IMG/VR virus record: IMGVR_UViG_3300032268_000694
Coordinates: 32,001 to 96,000 of that record
DNA length: 64,000 bases
Source: a virus
Strand: one strand, 5' to 3'
The translations under genes and the position numbers were made by a program. Positions within the stretch are counted from its first letter, which is position 1. Each line of letters opens with the position of its first letter. The notes under the pieces were generated by a model. It was not told where the DNA came from, ran no database searches, and was given only the letters and a program-made list of their open reading frames with translations. Positions 1 to 9,760 of the stretch are shown piece after piece.

Positions 1-91
1 ATTTTAAATATTCCACTAAAATTTGGAAATCAGAAGACTATAGTAAATGGCGTCCATCTGATACTAATTGGGATTATAATAAATAAAATTT

Positions 92-742
92 ATGATATAT
101 TATTCAGATTATGATTTTGTTTGTGTTGATATTCTTAAAAATGGTTCTACTGGCTTAAGAAAAATATTTAAATTTGTTTTAGGAAGAGAATCAGATGAAT
201 TATTTTTTATACGCAAACCTCAAATACACATAACAGTAGTTAGAAATCCATATAAAAGATTAATAACACAATTTTATCACATAAATAGAATCCAACTTTG
301 GAAAGACTTTAAACATACTGTACATCATCCTTTTTTTAAAAAGTGGGTTAAAGAAATATATGAAGATGGATATAAGGGAAATGATAGTCATTTATATAAT
401 CAAACCCACTTTTTACAATTTTATGAAAACTCAATAGATTATAAAATATTTAAATTAGAAGAATTAGTTGCACATGAATTATTCTTTTTTTTAGATTTAA
501 CAGAAGAATATAAGATTGAAATAGATAATGAATATAAAAAAATAATAGATGAATTAGAAAAAAATACTCACCATGCTACTAATAATTTAATACAAGGAGT
601 TTGGCAAAGCTATTATGATGTTGAAACTATTGAAATATGTAACAAATATTATGCAAATGATTTTGTAGCATTTAATTATGAAATTTTTGAACCTGAAGAA
701 TTTGAACCTATATATTTTGAATACAAACCAAAACTGATTTAA
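92..742 (+). CDS. Sulfotransferase family 2-like protein
   Basis: ILKNGSTG resembles the 5'-PSB loop and TVVRNPYKRL the 3'-PB motif; C-terminal YANDFVAFNY is typical of the family. Confidence 0.65.
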   Translation: MIYYSDYDFVCVDILKNGSTGLRKIFKFVLGRESDELFFIRKPQIHITVVRNPYKRLITQFYHINRIQLWKDFKHTVHHPFFKKWVKEIYEDGYKGNDSHLYNQTHFLQFYENSIDYKIFKLEELVAHELFFFLDLTEEYKIEIDNEYKKIIDELEKNTHHATNNLIQGVWQSYYDVETIEICNKYYANDFVAFNYEIFEPEEFEPIYFEYKPKLI

Positions 743-753
743 TATTTATTATT

Positions 754-1635
754 ATGATAAAGTTAACAGAAATACTACAAGATATAATAGCTGAAAAGAA
801 ACTTTGCCCTAAAGGCAGAGCTTACTATAATCGCCGTAGAGCTGCTGGTGAAAAACCTTCAGCTTATCTTTCTGGTCGTGCTGTTAAGGTGTGTAAAGGA
901 TTGATGGAAGAAGGAAGTGAGGATGAAGCATGGGAATTAGTAGGTCAAAAAGATCTAAATATATCTAAAATAGTAAAAAATGCTGGATTTAAATATGATG
1001 AAGAATCTGTTAATAAATTAATACCTATTATTGAAAAAACACCTGCAACTAATATTTCTCCATCTCAAGTAACAAAACTTAAAAATTTTAATAATAAATC
1101 TGGTGAAGAATCTCTTATAACAGATATAATCAAAATCAGTAAATCTCAGAATCCAAGACAAGGATATATAGATTTAATGACTAAAAGAGATTCAAATGAT
1201 AGTAATAGACAAAGAGGATATGATATTGGTAGTTTATATGATCAAGTAACAACAGGAAATTATGAACCTCCTGTATTAATTGATATAAATGGAACTCTAT
1301 ATGTAGTTGGTGGAAGAACTAGACTATATGCTAGTTTAGCAGCTAATAAAAATATAAAAGTTAAAATATTAAACTCAGATAAATTAATTAATTTAGATGA
1401 ATCACTTCGTGATTGGTTTAAAAAAGAAGATTGGGTTCGTATTGATACAGCAGGCAACATAACTGGTCCTTGCGGTACAATGAAAAAAGGTAATAAAACA
1501 ACTCGTTGTTTACCTCGTGCTAAAGCAAACCGTTTAACTAAAGCTGAACGCGCTGCTACATCAAAGAAAAAAGCAGCATCTGATAAGCAATTTGTACCTA
1601 ATACTAAAAAAGCAAAAGTAAAACTTAATAAGTAA
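754..1635 (+). CDS. Mosaic putative internal head protein (basic Cys module, ParB/Srx-like module, basic C-terminal module)
   Basis: N-terminal MIKLTEIL; PPVLI...VVGGRTRLYA resembles a ParB-like core; modules bounded by LxE-type sites. Confidence 0.45.
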   Translation: MIKLTEILQDIIAEKKLCPKGRAYYNRRRAAGEKPSAYLSGRAVKVCKGLMEEGSEDEAWELVGQKDLNISKIVKNAGFKYDEESVNKLIPIIEKTPATNISPSQVTKLKNFNNKSGEESLITDIIKISKSQNPRQGYIDLMTKRDSNDSNRQRGYDIGSLYDQVTTGNYEPPVLIDINGTLYVVGGRTRLYASLAANKNIKVKILNSDKLINLDESLRDWFKKEDWVRIDTAGNITGPCGTMKKGNKTTRCLPRAKANRLTKAERAATSKKKAASDKQFVPNTKKAKVKLNK

Positions 1636-1639
1636 ACTA

Positions 1640-2191
1640 ATGAAAATATCAGAATTAAGACAATTAATTAAAGAAACTATTGAAGAAGCATTCTTCATTG
1701 GTGAAGATGATATCGATAATGTAGAGTGTAAAAAGTGTGGATGGAAATGGAAATTATCAAATGGTGGAGAAAATCCATACCTTTGCCATAAATGCGACTA
1801 TGATAATAGCTACGCTTACAATGATAGTATAGACGAATATGACGTTGAAAATGAACAAGACCTTAAAGAATTTATTGTCTTTATAAAAGAATATAAACAA
1901 GTATTAGCTGAAGGATGTGACTGCTTAACCGAAGCTGAATACCGTGGTCGCAAAGTGCAATTAGGCAAAATAATGCAGGGCGACATAAAGAAATTTAAGG
2001 TATTTGTTAAGAACAATAAGGGCAAAGTAGTTAAAGTTAACTTCGGATTTGGTGGTAAATCAGCCAAAGGTAAACGAATGGTAATTAAAGCTAAAAACCC
2101 AAAACGTCGCGCAGCATACAGAGCAAGACATAACTGTGATAACCCGGGACCACGTTGGAAAGCCAATTATTGGTCATGTAAAAAATGGTAA
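1640..2191 (+). CDS. Basic phage protein, putative internal head protein
   Basis: MKISELRQLIKE leader; CxxC..CxxC; C-terminal VNFG...RARHNC...YWSC module recalled from T4-like phages. Confidence 0.5.
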   Translation: MKISELRQLIKETIEEAFFIGEDDIDNVECKKCGWKWKLSNGGENPYLCHKCDYDNSYAYNDSIDEYDVENEQDLKEFIVFIKEYKQVLAEGCDCLTEAEYRGRKVQLGKIMQGDIKKFKVFVKNNKGKVVKVNFGFGGKSAKGKRMVIKAKNPKRRAAYRARHNCDNPGPRWKANYWSCKKW

Positions 2192-2231
2192 TTTAAATTT
2201 TAATATATTTATACATATAAACACACAAACA

Positions 2232-3062
2232 ATGAATATTAAAGAAGTACGTAACGTTATCCAACAAGTAATTGCCGAAGCAATGGAAAAAGAGGGTGGC
2301 TTACCAAAAAGCGGTGGAAAACTAGTACACCTTAAGAAAGAATTAGCTAGCTTAAAGAACATGAAAGAATCTTTAGGTCAATTGCAAATCGCTGAAGGCG
2401 GTGAACAACAATTCGTAGCTGAATATGCACATATGCAAAAATTCGTTACTGAATTAGAAAAAATTAAAACTGCTCACGCTAAATTAGCTGAAATGTTAGA
2501 CAAACAAATTTCTGAAGTTGAAACTAAAGTTTCATCTGAGACTGAAAAGATCAAAGAAATGGTTGGTTTAATCGAAAAAGCTCCTAAGAAAGACGCTAAG
2601 AAAGCTCCTGCTAAGAAAGACGATAAAAAAGCAGAGCCTAAAAAAGCTGAAAAGAAAGAAGAGCCTAAGGCTGACGATTCAAAAAAAAAAGCTAAAAAAT
2701 TAGACGAAGCATCTTTCTCAAGTACTGATGTTAATGCTATTTTAAAAGCTGCTAGAGCTGCTGTTGAAGCAGGTAAAGAGGTAACTGTTGATGGTATCAA
2801 AATAGGAAAGGTAGTATCTGGGTTAGGAAGATTTATTCCTGCTGATGGTAGCCAATCTTTAAAAATTATGGATTACGTTGGTGAACCAGAAAAAATTGTA
2901 ATTGACGGAGTCCCGGCTACATTAAAACCAATGGAACCTTCTAAACCACAACCTGATACAAGGACACCAGAAGAAAGAGCAGCTCAACAAAGAGCTTTTG
3001 ATGACAGATACGGACCTGGTGGTGGATATGATACAGCATTCGGAAGATACACAGGAGATTAA
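2232..3062 (+). CDS. Coiled-coil, Lys-rich hypothetical protein (putative head protein)
   Basis: Start moved to the in-frame ATG at 2232, downstream of ATATTTAT at 2205 and an A-rich leader. Confidence 0.6.
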   Translation: MNIKEVRNVIQQVIAEAMEKEGGLPKSGGKLVHLKKELASLKNMKESLGQLQIAEGGEQQFVAEYAHMQKFVTELEKIKTAHAKLAEMLDKQISEVETKVSSETEKIKEMVGLIEKAPKKDAKKAPAKKDDKKAEPKKAEKKEEPKADDSKKKAKKLDEASFSSTDVNAILKAARAAVEAGKEVTVDGIKIGKVVSGLGRFIPADGSQSLKIMDYVGEPEKIVIDGVPATLKPMEPSKPQPDTRTPEERAAQQRAFDDRYGPGGGYDTAFGRYTGD

Positions 3063-3073
3063 TATAAATAACA

Positions 3074-3448
3074 ATGATCAAATTACTCGACATATTAAAT
3101 GAAGCTCTTGATCCAGTAGGTAAAGAAGATGATGACATCAACAACGATGGTAAAGTAGATAAAACAGATAAATACTTAGCTACTCGTCGTAAAGCAATAT
3201 CTAAAAATGTAGATGAAACTCATCTAAATTGGCCTCCGACTCCAGACCATGAAGCTACTATGGCTATGGGTGAGTTAAGAAGTATGATAAAAAATAGTAT
3301 AACTATTTACAAAAATGTCAAACCAAATCAACAATTACCAGGTTGGGTTTCAGCATACGTAACTTTAGCATCTGATTATATGAATAGTGTTGCTCAATAC
3401 TTAGTTGAAGAAGAAGCTACATTAGGCCAAGAAATAAACAATGGATAA
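3074..3448 (+). CDS. Putative internal head protein with EF-hand/dockerin-like loop
   Basis: [10 protein letters not shown] leader; [14 protein letters not shown] motif. Confidence 0.5.
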   Translation: MIKLLDILNEALDPVGKEDDDINNDGKVDKTDKYLATRRKAISKNVDETHLNWPPTPDHEATMAMGELRSMIKNSITIYKNVKPNQQLPGWVSAYVTLASDYMNSVAQYLVEEEATLGQEINNG

Positions 3449-3962
3449 ACAAATAATACTAGAAAAATATATTAAAGTAGCTGTTCGTAAAGCACTTCAA
3501 GAAGAAGAAGCTAGACAACAAAAAGCTACTAAAGCGATGTATCTAGTATATCGTTTTCCCGGCTTAAAGAAAATAATGGAAGATTTAATGTCTCCATCTT
3601 TTGGTCGTTTTATCACAGACGTTATTGTTGTAGCTCCTAAACCAACAACATTCTCAGCTAAACTAATTAATGCACAAGATTTCGGAATTATATACAACGG
3701 CAAAGGTAAATACACAATTAAAGTATCTGGTAAAAAATATAACGTTCAAAATTTAGGTGAATTAGAAAGAGCTCAACAAGCGATAGCTGATTTATTAGAA
3801 TTGAACTATGCTATTGATGAAAAAGTAGCAGGCGGAGCTGAAGCTCCAGTTGCAGATGCAGGTGCTGAAGCATTTAGCGCCGCATCAGCTGCACCAGCAG
3901 GTGAATTACCAGCTGAAACTCCAGCGGAAGAAGAAACTCCTGAAGAAACCCCAGCAGCATAA
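3441..3962 (+). CDS. Hypothetical protein with acidic Ala/Pro/Glu tail
   Basis: ORF track; overlaps both neighbouring genes. Confidence 0.6.
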   Translation: MDKQIILEKYIKVAVRKALQEEEARQQKATKAMYLVYRFPGLKKIMEDLMSPSFGRFITDVIVVAPKPTTFSAKLINAQDFGIIYNGKGKYTIKVSGKKYNVQNLGELERAQQAIADLLELNYAIDEKVAGGAEAPVADAGAEAFSAASAAPAGELPAETPAEEETPEETPAA

Positions 3963-5098
3963 TGACAGTTATAGATAAAATATTACGTGAATGGTCATTT
4001 AGATGCCATGATGGGATTGTTGATATAAACGATCCTATTAAACTGTCTATATTAAATGAAATACTTGGTTTTAATTTAGATGAAGTGAGACAACCATATG
4101 AATCCTTAACAGGAGCAGCTAAAGAAGAAGCTGATAAGTTAATTGAATTATTTAACTTAACTAAAGACAATATTCAAAAACAGACCTCTAAAAGAATAAT
4201 AATTTTATCTGATATACCTAGAAATGAAGTTTTTAAGAAATTACAAGATTTAGGATATAAACAAGATAGAACTATTTCTGGTTCATCAGCAGGTGGATTT
4301 ATTTCACCAGAAGGTATAGAAATTATAGTTAAATCTGAGACGTCTTCTAAAATAGGTGGTGCTGGAGTAGGTAATGAAAGGTTTTTTGTAGATGTAATAA
4401 ATAATCTTATTCAAGAAAGTGATGGTTCTGTTACTGTTATTATCAACGGTGGTGGTAAAACTTTAAAATACGATAATATAACTGAAGCTAAACATGTTGG
4501 TAAAGAAGGTGAGAAAAAAGGATGGAAAGCAGATGCTTTATTAATAGCAGGAAATGAAACATATCCAATTTCTTTAAAAGAAGATGGTCCCTTCCGTTGG
4601 GCTAGTGCTATGGGAGATCTTAAAGATCTTTATACAGCCGTACTTACTAAAGCTAGTAAAGATGAAATACCAAATCTTCAATTAAAAACAGACCCTGAAA
4701 ACCCTAGAGTACTTCAGATGTACAATCCTAGAACAAGTTCACCTTATGGTAGAATATTTGTAACAGATGTACCTCAACTAACTCAAGCAGAAAATATAAA
4801 TAAAATTATTTTTGGAGCTGATAATGCTATTGTTGTACAGCGAACCTTTACTGAATCTGATTTTGCACTGGCTGGAAATACTATAAATGTAACTGCTACT
4901 AAAATTATTACATCAATTGAAGATTTAAGTCCTGAAGATTATCCTATAGTAGAATTTGAACGTAATGCTTCAAAAGCAACTCAAACAAGTGGATTAACAG
5001 GTAGAGGTATTATAATAAGAATATCACCTAAAGGAAGAATGGATAAAGCAGGATCTAAAGCCAATAATTTAATATTGAACTATAACGATATAATGTAA
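3962..5098 (+). CDS. PD-(D/E)xK restriction-endonuclease-like protein
   Basis: GNE...KADALL...ISLKED catalytic pattern; IDKILREW and NLDE leader. Confidence 0.5.
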   Translation: MTVIDKILREWSFRCHDGIVDINDPIKLSILNEILGFNLDEVRQPYESLTGAAKEEADKLIELFNLTKDNIQKQTSKRIIILSDIPRNEVFKKLQDLGYKQDRTISGSSAGGFISPEGIEIIVKSETSSKIGGAGVGNERFFVDVINNLIQESDGSVTVIINGGGKTLKYDNITEAKHVGKEGEKKGWKADALLIAGNETYPISLKEDGPFRWASAMGDLKDLYTAVLTKASKDEIPNLQLKTDPENPRVLQMYNPRTSSPYGRIFVTDVPQLTQAENINKIIFGADNAIVVQRTFTESDFALAGNTINVTATKIITSIEDLSPEDYPIVEFERNASKATQTSGLTGRGIIIRISPKGRMDKAGSKANNLILNYNDIM

Positions 5099-5101
5099 AA
5101 T

Positions 5102-5362
5102 ATGGAACAATTTAACCCATCAGACAAAATAACACTAGACGTACCTTTATTTATCCGTCTATTAGAATACGCTCGCGAAGACGCTAAAACCGATATGGAT
5201 TTACATAACGTAGCTGAAAAAGCAATCGCTGCAAGCGAAACCGGTAAAACATTAACAATGGCTGATTACGATGCTTTAGTAGCAGGTAATAGTGAAGATC
5301 AAGAAATGAACGAAATAAAAAGAATGATTAAGTTAGCAAATATCAAAACTTTCTTTAACTAA
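5102..5362 (+). CDS. Small hypothetical (putative head) protein
   Basis: DVPLFIRLLEYAREDA; C-terminal RMIKLANIK motif shared with the scaffold. Confidence 0.6.
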   Translation: MEQFNPSDKITLDVPLFIRLLEYAREDAKTDMDLHNVAEKAIAASETGKTLTMADYDALVAGNSEDQEMNEIKRMIKLANIKTFFN

Positions 5363-5368
5363 CATACA

Positions 5369-5446
5369 GACAGATTCATAGCCTGTCGCATCGAACAATA
5401 TTTATGCAGCTGTGGCGCACCCAAAAGGTGTGCCACCTTCTATTTT
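5369..5446 (+). ncRNA. Putative cis-regulatory RNA: pseudoknot overlapping a terminator-like hairpin
   Basis: GACAG/CTGTC stem, GCAT/ATGC stem, loop CATAGC complementary to GCTGTG (5409-5414), hairpin GTGGCGCACC/GGTGTGCCAC then CTTCTATTTT. Confidence 0.45.
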
Positions 5447-5491
5447 GAAAAGGCAAAATTTTTTATTATATTTACATGTTTAATTTAATTT

Positions 5492-6856
5492 ATGAATAAG
5501 AAAATAGTAATCATTGGAGCAGGAGTAGCAGGTATTAATGCTGCTACTAAATTAGTAGATAACGGATATCCTGGTGAATTAATCACCATCCTAGATAAAG
5601 GAAACGATCCAATTAACCGCTTACCTGAAGAGGTAATGACTGGTATGCTTGGTGCAGGTGGATGGAGTGATGGTAAATTAACATACCACACTGCAATTGG
5701 TGGTCAATTAGCTAAGTATTGCGGTGAAGAGAAAGCAATGGAATTAATGAAGCAAGTAGTAGATAACTTTACTCGTTTTCACCCTAAACCAGAAAAAATA
5801 TTCATGTCTGATCCACAGGAAGAACCTGAATTCATTAAACCATACTTTGGTTTAAGAATGTTTCCTGTATGGCATATTGGATCTAATTTCTTACATGAAA
5901 TTGCTAAAACATGGTATCAATATTTGTTAGATAAAGGAGTTAATTTTTGGTGGAATACAGTAGTATCTAATATTGATTTTAATAATAATAATATATTATT
6001 TAACCCACTTGGCATATCAGGCCCTACAGACACCCACTCAGTAAAATATGATGAATTAATATTTGCAGTAGGTAAATCAGGTATTGATTTTGCTCAAAAA
6101 TTAGCAGATGACTATAAATTACCTAATGAACCTAAATCAGTACAAATTGGTGTTCGATTTGAAGCACCACAAAAATATTTTCAAAAACTAATCGATGTAT
6201 CGTACGACTTTAAATTATACCAGAAATTTGATAATGTATCTTTAAGATCGTTCTGTACTAATAATAATGCTGCTTATGTTGCTGTAGAAGAAACATACGG
6301 TGATGTAAGTTATAATGGTCATGCTAAAAAAGGAAAAGAATTCGAAAACCAAATGACAAACTTTGGTATCTTAATGGAAATTAAAGGTATTGAAGATCCA
6401 TTTAAGTGGAGTAGAGATGTAGTAGCTAAATGTAACTTTACTGAAATTGGAGGTGAAGAACGTAGAATGGGGATGTATTATTCTCCATCATATGTAAATA
6501 AAGATGGAATTACATATAGTCATAGAGGTCCTTCATTAACCTCTGAAGGTGAACGTGTTAAAGCAGGTATAGGTGATGGAAATGTTTTAGATAAATTTAA
6601 AGATGCATTAGGTGAATATGCAGATTATATTTTAAATTTTATTGATAATATGAATAGTGTATTTAACTTTGGTGATGATTGGGGAATGTATATTCCTGAA
6701 GTAAAATACTTATCACCTGAACCATTAGTAAACTACGAAGATTTATCATTAAACGAATATCCAAACGTACACTTTGCTGGTGATGCTCTATCAGCTAGAG
6801 GTATTACAGTATCAGGAGCACATGGAATTTATATTGCAGAAAACTTAATAAAATAA
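5492..6856 (+). CDS. FAD-dependent oxidoreductase
   Basis: IIGAGVAG Rossmann motif, GAGGWSDGKL, C-terminal HFAGD. Confidence 0.85.
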   Translation: MNKKIVIIGAGVAGINAATKLVDNGYPGELITILDKGNDPINRLPEEVMTGMLGAGGWSDGKLTYHTAIGGQLAKYCGEEKAMELMKQVVDNFTRFHPKPEKIFMSDPQEEPEFIKPYFGLRMFPVWHIGSNFLHEIAKTWYQYLLDKGVNFWWNTVVSNIDFNNNNILFNPLGISGPTDTHSVKYDELIFAVGKSGIDFAQKLADDYKLPNEPKSVQIGVRFEAPQKYFQKLIDVSYDFKLYQKFDNVSLRSFCTNNNAAYVAVEETYGDVSYNGHAKKGKEFENQMTNFGILMEIKGIEDPFKWSRDVVAKCNFTEIGGEERRMGMYYSPSYVNKDGITYSHRGPSLTSEGERVKAGIGDGNVLDKFKDALGEYADYILNFIDNMNSVFNFGDDWGMYIPEVKYLSPEPLVNYEDLSLNEYPNVHFAGDALSARGITVSGAHGIYIAENLIK

Positions 6857-6859
6857 AAT

Positions 6860-7096
6860 ATGTCAGAAACAAAAAGGTTAAAAACACAAGACGGAACAAT
6901 AGTATACTACTTAGATGGTAAAATGCATAATTTTGATGGCCCCGCCTATTTACCTCAAGGCAACAAACGCGCAGCTGAATATTATGTATTCGGAGTTAAA
7001 TTTACCAAATATCAGTTTGATAATATTAAAAAAGATAATAATGGTGTTCCGTTCTACAAAACAGCAGCTGGTAAAGCAGCAGGCGCTAGAGTTTAA
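6860..7096 (+). CDS. Small protein with an LH(R/N)xDGPA-type repeat unit
   Basis: YYLDGKMHNFDGPA. Confidence 0.55.
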   Translation: MSETKRLKTQDGTIVYYLDGKMHNFDGPAYLPQGNKRAAEYYVFGVKFTKYQFDNIKKDNNGVPFYKTAAGKAAGARV

Positions 7097-7123
7097 GCAA
7101 AGTAAAAATTATACATTTATTGT

Positions 7124-7372
7124 ATGAGTAGAGGAAGACCAGCAGCAATAGAACCAGTAGAAGCACCACGTAAATATACTCGTATTTATGAAGATGAATA
7201 TGCTATTGAAACGTGGAGTTTCGATGTGGACAAATTTTCTAGAGGACCTATTTCTGTAGAGATTAAGTATAAGACCGGTGCTGAAAAAGCTATTAAACAA
7301 AATGCTAAGCAAGTAAAGCAGGATAAGAAAACTGCTCGTCAAATGAAAAAAATAAACGAAAGAAACAAATGA
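7124..7372 (+). CDS. Small basic hypothetical protein
   Basis: ORF track; ATGA overlap with the next gene. Confidence 0.55.
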   Translation: MSRGRPAAIEPVEAPRKYTRIYEDEYAIETWSFDVDKFSRGPISVEIKYKTGAEKAIKQNAKQVKQDKKTARQMKKINERNK

Positions 7373-7887
7373 GAATAGGATTAGTAGGTACAATGAGTGT
7401 AGGTAAAACTACATTAGCAAAAGCATTAGGTGAAATTGATCCATTTAAAGATCATAGTGTATATACTGAGCGTAGTAAATACTTACGTGATTTAGGTATT
7501 CCATTGAATACTGATTCTACATTACCAGGTCAATTTGTATTTTTAGCTGAACGTGCTACTGAATTATTATATCCAAATATTATTACTGATAGAACAATAT
7601 GGGATGTATGTGCATTTACATTAGGTTCTAAATCAATAGAAGAATTTGCAAAGCGTGCGTTTGTTGATGCTGCTATGTTTTTACGCAATAATTATGATTT
7701 AGTTGTTTATGTATCACCACGTGGCGTTAGTATGGAAGATAACGGTGTACGTGAAACTGATTTACATTATAGACGTAAAATTGATGAAGTTATTAAAATG
7801 TCACTAATTGAATATAGACCAAATAAATTAATTGAGGTAGAAGGCACAACAGAGGAACGTATCGCTACAATTTTACAAAATCTATAA
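7369..7887 (+). CDS. P-loop kinase (AAA_28/NadR-like nucleotide kinase)
   Basis: GTMSVGKTT Walker A; ITDRTIWD; DNGVR. Confidence 0.75.
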   Translation: MRIGLVGTMSVGKTTLAKALGEIDPFKDHSVYTERSKYLRDLGIPLNTDSTLPGQFVFLAERATELLYPNIITDRTIWDVCAFTLGSKSIEEFAKRAFVDAAMFLRNNYDLVVYVSPRGVSMEDNGVRETDLHYRRKIDEVIKMSLIEYRPNKLIEVEGTTEERIATILQNL

Positions 7888-7912
7888 TATTTATATGCAC
7901 AACAATAACAAA

Positions 7913-8941
7913 ATGAAAGTAACAGAACTACAAGAAATTATTCGTAACGTTATTAAAGAAGCGTTAAATGAAGATCAAGCTGCTGACAAAGCAGCACAAG
8001 ACGCTGAAAAAGCATCTGTACAAAAACAAATATCTGCCCTTAATAAAAAGAAATCAGAATTAAGTACAAATAAACCATCATCAGAAGATAAACCAGCACA
8101 AGATGCTGAAAAAATTGCTGTAGATAAAAAAATTGCTACATTAAATAAAAAAACACAAAAATTAAATAAACCAGGTATTTCATCACTTGAATTAGATGAA
8201 ATGGCAAACGTATCAGTACGTTACCAATTAGCTGGTGATGCTAATGCCGATGATTTTAAAGGTAAGAAAAATAGAATTATCACTGCTATGAAAGCCACAG
8301 GCGAGCCTATGGCAAAAATCGACGTAGCTGGTGAGTTAGGATACGACAAGCAAAATCCAATCAACTCTGATTTCATGGAACTTGTAGCCTCAGGTGTTAT
8401 TGAACCAGCAGGTGAACAAAAAGCACCACGTCTAACTCGTCCGGCATCTGATAAGCCAAAAGGTGGCGAAGGCGAAGATGATTTTGTTACTGGTGATTTA
8501 AGTGATGAAGAAGTAGACGCTATGTTTGCTAAAGCAAAAGCATCAGGTGATGAAGAACCCGAAATTGGTGATATTGAAAAAGCAGATGTATCTGCTGCTA
8601 AAATGTCAGATGAAGATTATGAAGCGTTTATGAAAGTTTCTGATTTAGAAAATCGTTTAGCTGCTACTAAATCTAATATCTTAAAATTAAAGAAATCAAA
8701 AATAGCTGCAGGTGATATTAGCGATAAACCATCAGATGAATTATTACGTTTACGTGATTTAAAAGCATCATTAGAAAAACGTATTGATGATATCGTTGGT
8801 TCTTCTAAATATTTACAACAACGTCAAGAAAAGACTACAGGCAAAAAATATGAGCCTATTAATATTGAAGATGTAGAAACAGAACCATTAGATGAATGGA
8901 CTATAAATAGAATGCAATTTTATGCGGGAATTAAAAAATAA
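7913..8941 (+). CDS. Acidic coiled-coil putative internal head protein
   Basis: MKVTELQEIIRNVIKEALNE leader (start moved to 7913); C-terminal RMQFYAGIKK. Confidence 0.55.
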   Translation: MKVTELQEIIRNVIKEALNEDQAADKAAQDAEKASVQKQISALNKKKSELSTNKPSSEDKPAQDAEKIAVDKKIATLNKKTQKLNKPGISSLELDEMANVSVRYQLAGDANADDFKGKKNRIITAMKATGEPMAKIDVAGELGYDKQNPINSDFMELVASGVIEPAGEQKAPRLTRPASDKPKGGEGEDDFVTGDLSDEEVDAMFAKAKASGDEEPEIGDIEKADVSAAKMSDEDYEAFMKVSDLENRLAATKSNILKLKKSKIAAGDISDKPSDELLRLRDLKASLEKRIDDIVGSSKYLQQRQEKTTGKKYEPINIEDVETEPLDEWTINRMQFYAGIKK

Positions 8942-8945
8942 AAAT

Positions 8946-9629
8946 ATGAAAAAAGTTTTACCGATTGTTTTATTTGCTATAATAACAATATTGATCGGCA
9001 GTGTATTATTTGAAAAATGTAACAACAACGTTGAGCATAAAGTATTTTTAGCTCAAGTAGATAGTTTACATAAAGTAAACGATTCATTAGAAGCAGAAAT
9101 TGCTAAAGACGATGCTGAAATTGATTCTTTAGACTTAGTAGCTGTTGAGTTACAATATAAAGTAGATCACCAAAAAGCAAAAGTTAAAACTATTGTTGAG
9201 TATATTGAAATAGAAAAAAATAGTATTGATGCTTATTCTGATCCTGAATTAGTAACATCATTTAACAACCGTTACCCAACAGATACAATTAGTAATCCAT
9301 TATTAATAGCACAACCAGTATTAGTTAGCGCTGCTAAGGATTTAGTAGAATTAGACGGTGCTAAACAAATTATAGTATTAAAAGATAGTTCTATCACTAC
9401 ATTAGAAGCAAAAGTAACAGTTAAAGATAGTGTTATTGGAAAATATGCTAATAAAGAACTTAACTACAAAAACATTATCCTGAATAAAGATAAAGAAATT
9501 ACAGGATGGGAAGGACAATATCAAAAATTAGAATTACAATACAATAAACTAAAAGTAAAATCTAAATTCCAACGCATAGGAAGCTATGTAGTAATTGGTG
9601 GATTAGCTTACTTGATGTTAGTAAAATAG
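8946..9629 (+). CDS. Membrane-anchored coiled-coil protein (spanin-like architecture)
   Basis: Hydrophobic N-terminal helix, long coiled coil, hydrophobic C-terminus; function not established. Confidence 0.45.
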   Translation: MKKVLPIVLFAIITILIGSVLFEKCNNNVEHKVFLAQVDSLHKVNDSLEAEIAKDDAEIDSLDLVAVELQYKVDHQKAKVKTIVEYIEIEKNSIDAYSDPELVTSFNNRYPTDTISNPLLIAQPVLVSAAKDLVELDGAKQIIVLKDSSITTLEAKVTVKDSVIGKYANKELNYKNIILNKDKEITGWEGQYQKLELQYNKLKVKSKFQRIGSYVVIGGLAYLMLVK

Positions 9630-9716
9630 TAGTGCTACCTTAGGGATTCACTCCGTTAAGCATTCTTAGACCAATGCGAAAACATGCCCCGCTATAGTCT
9701 CAGTATTATAGCCCTG

Positions 9717-9746
9717 ACTCCAACCCCGTAAGGTTGGAGTTTTTTT
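9717..9746 (+). terminator. Rho-independent terminator
   Basis: ACTCCAACC-CCGTAA-GGTTGGAGT followed by a T run. Confidence 0.8.
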
Positions 9747-9760
9747 ATATATTTATATAC

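Noticed and set aside
3-86. 3' end of a gene entering from the left (...WKSEDYSKWRPSDTNWDYNK)
   Set aside because: Only 27 codons are visible, too few to assign
5350-5488. Stop-codon readthrough or -1 frameshift of ORF 5102 stimulated by the pseudoknot
   Set aside because: The frame stays open about 41 codons past TAA, but CTTTAAC is not a proper slippery heptamer, TAA is rarely read through and the extension does not join the next gene
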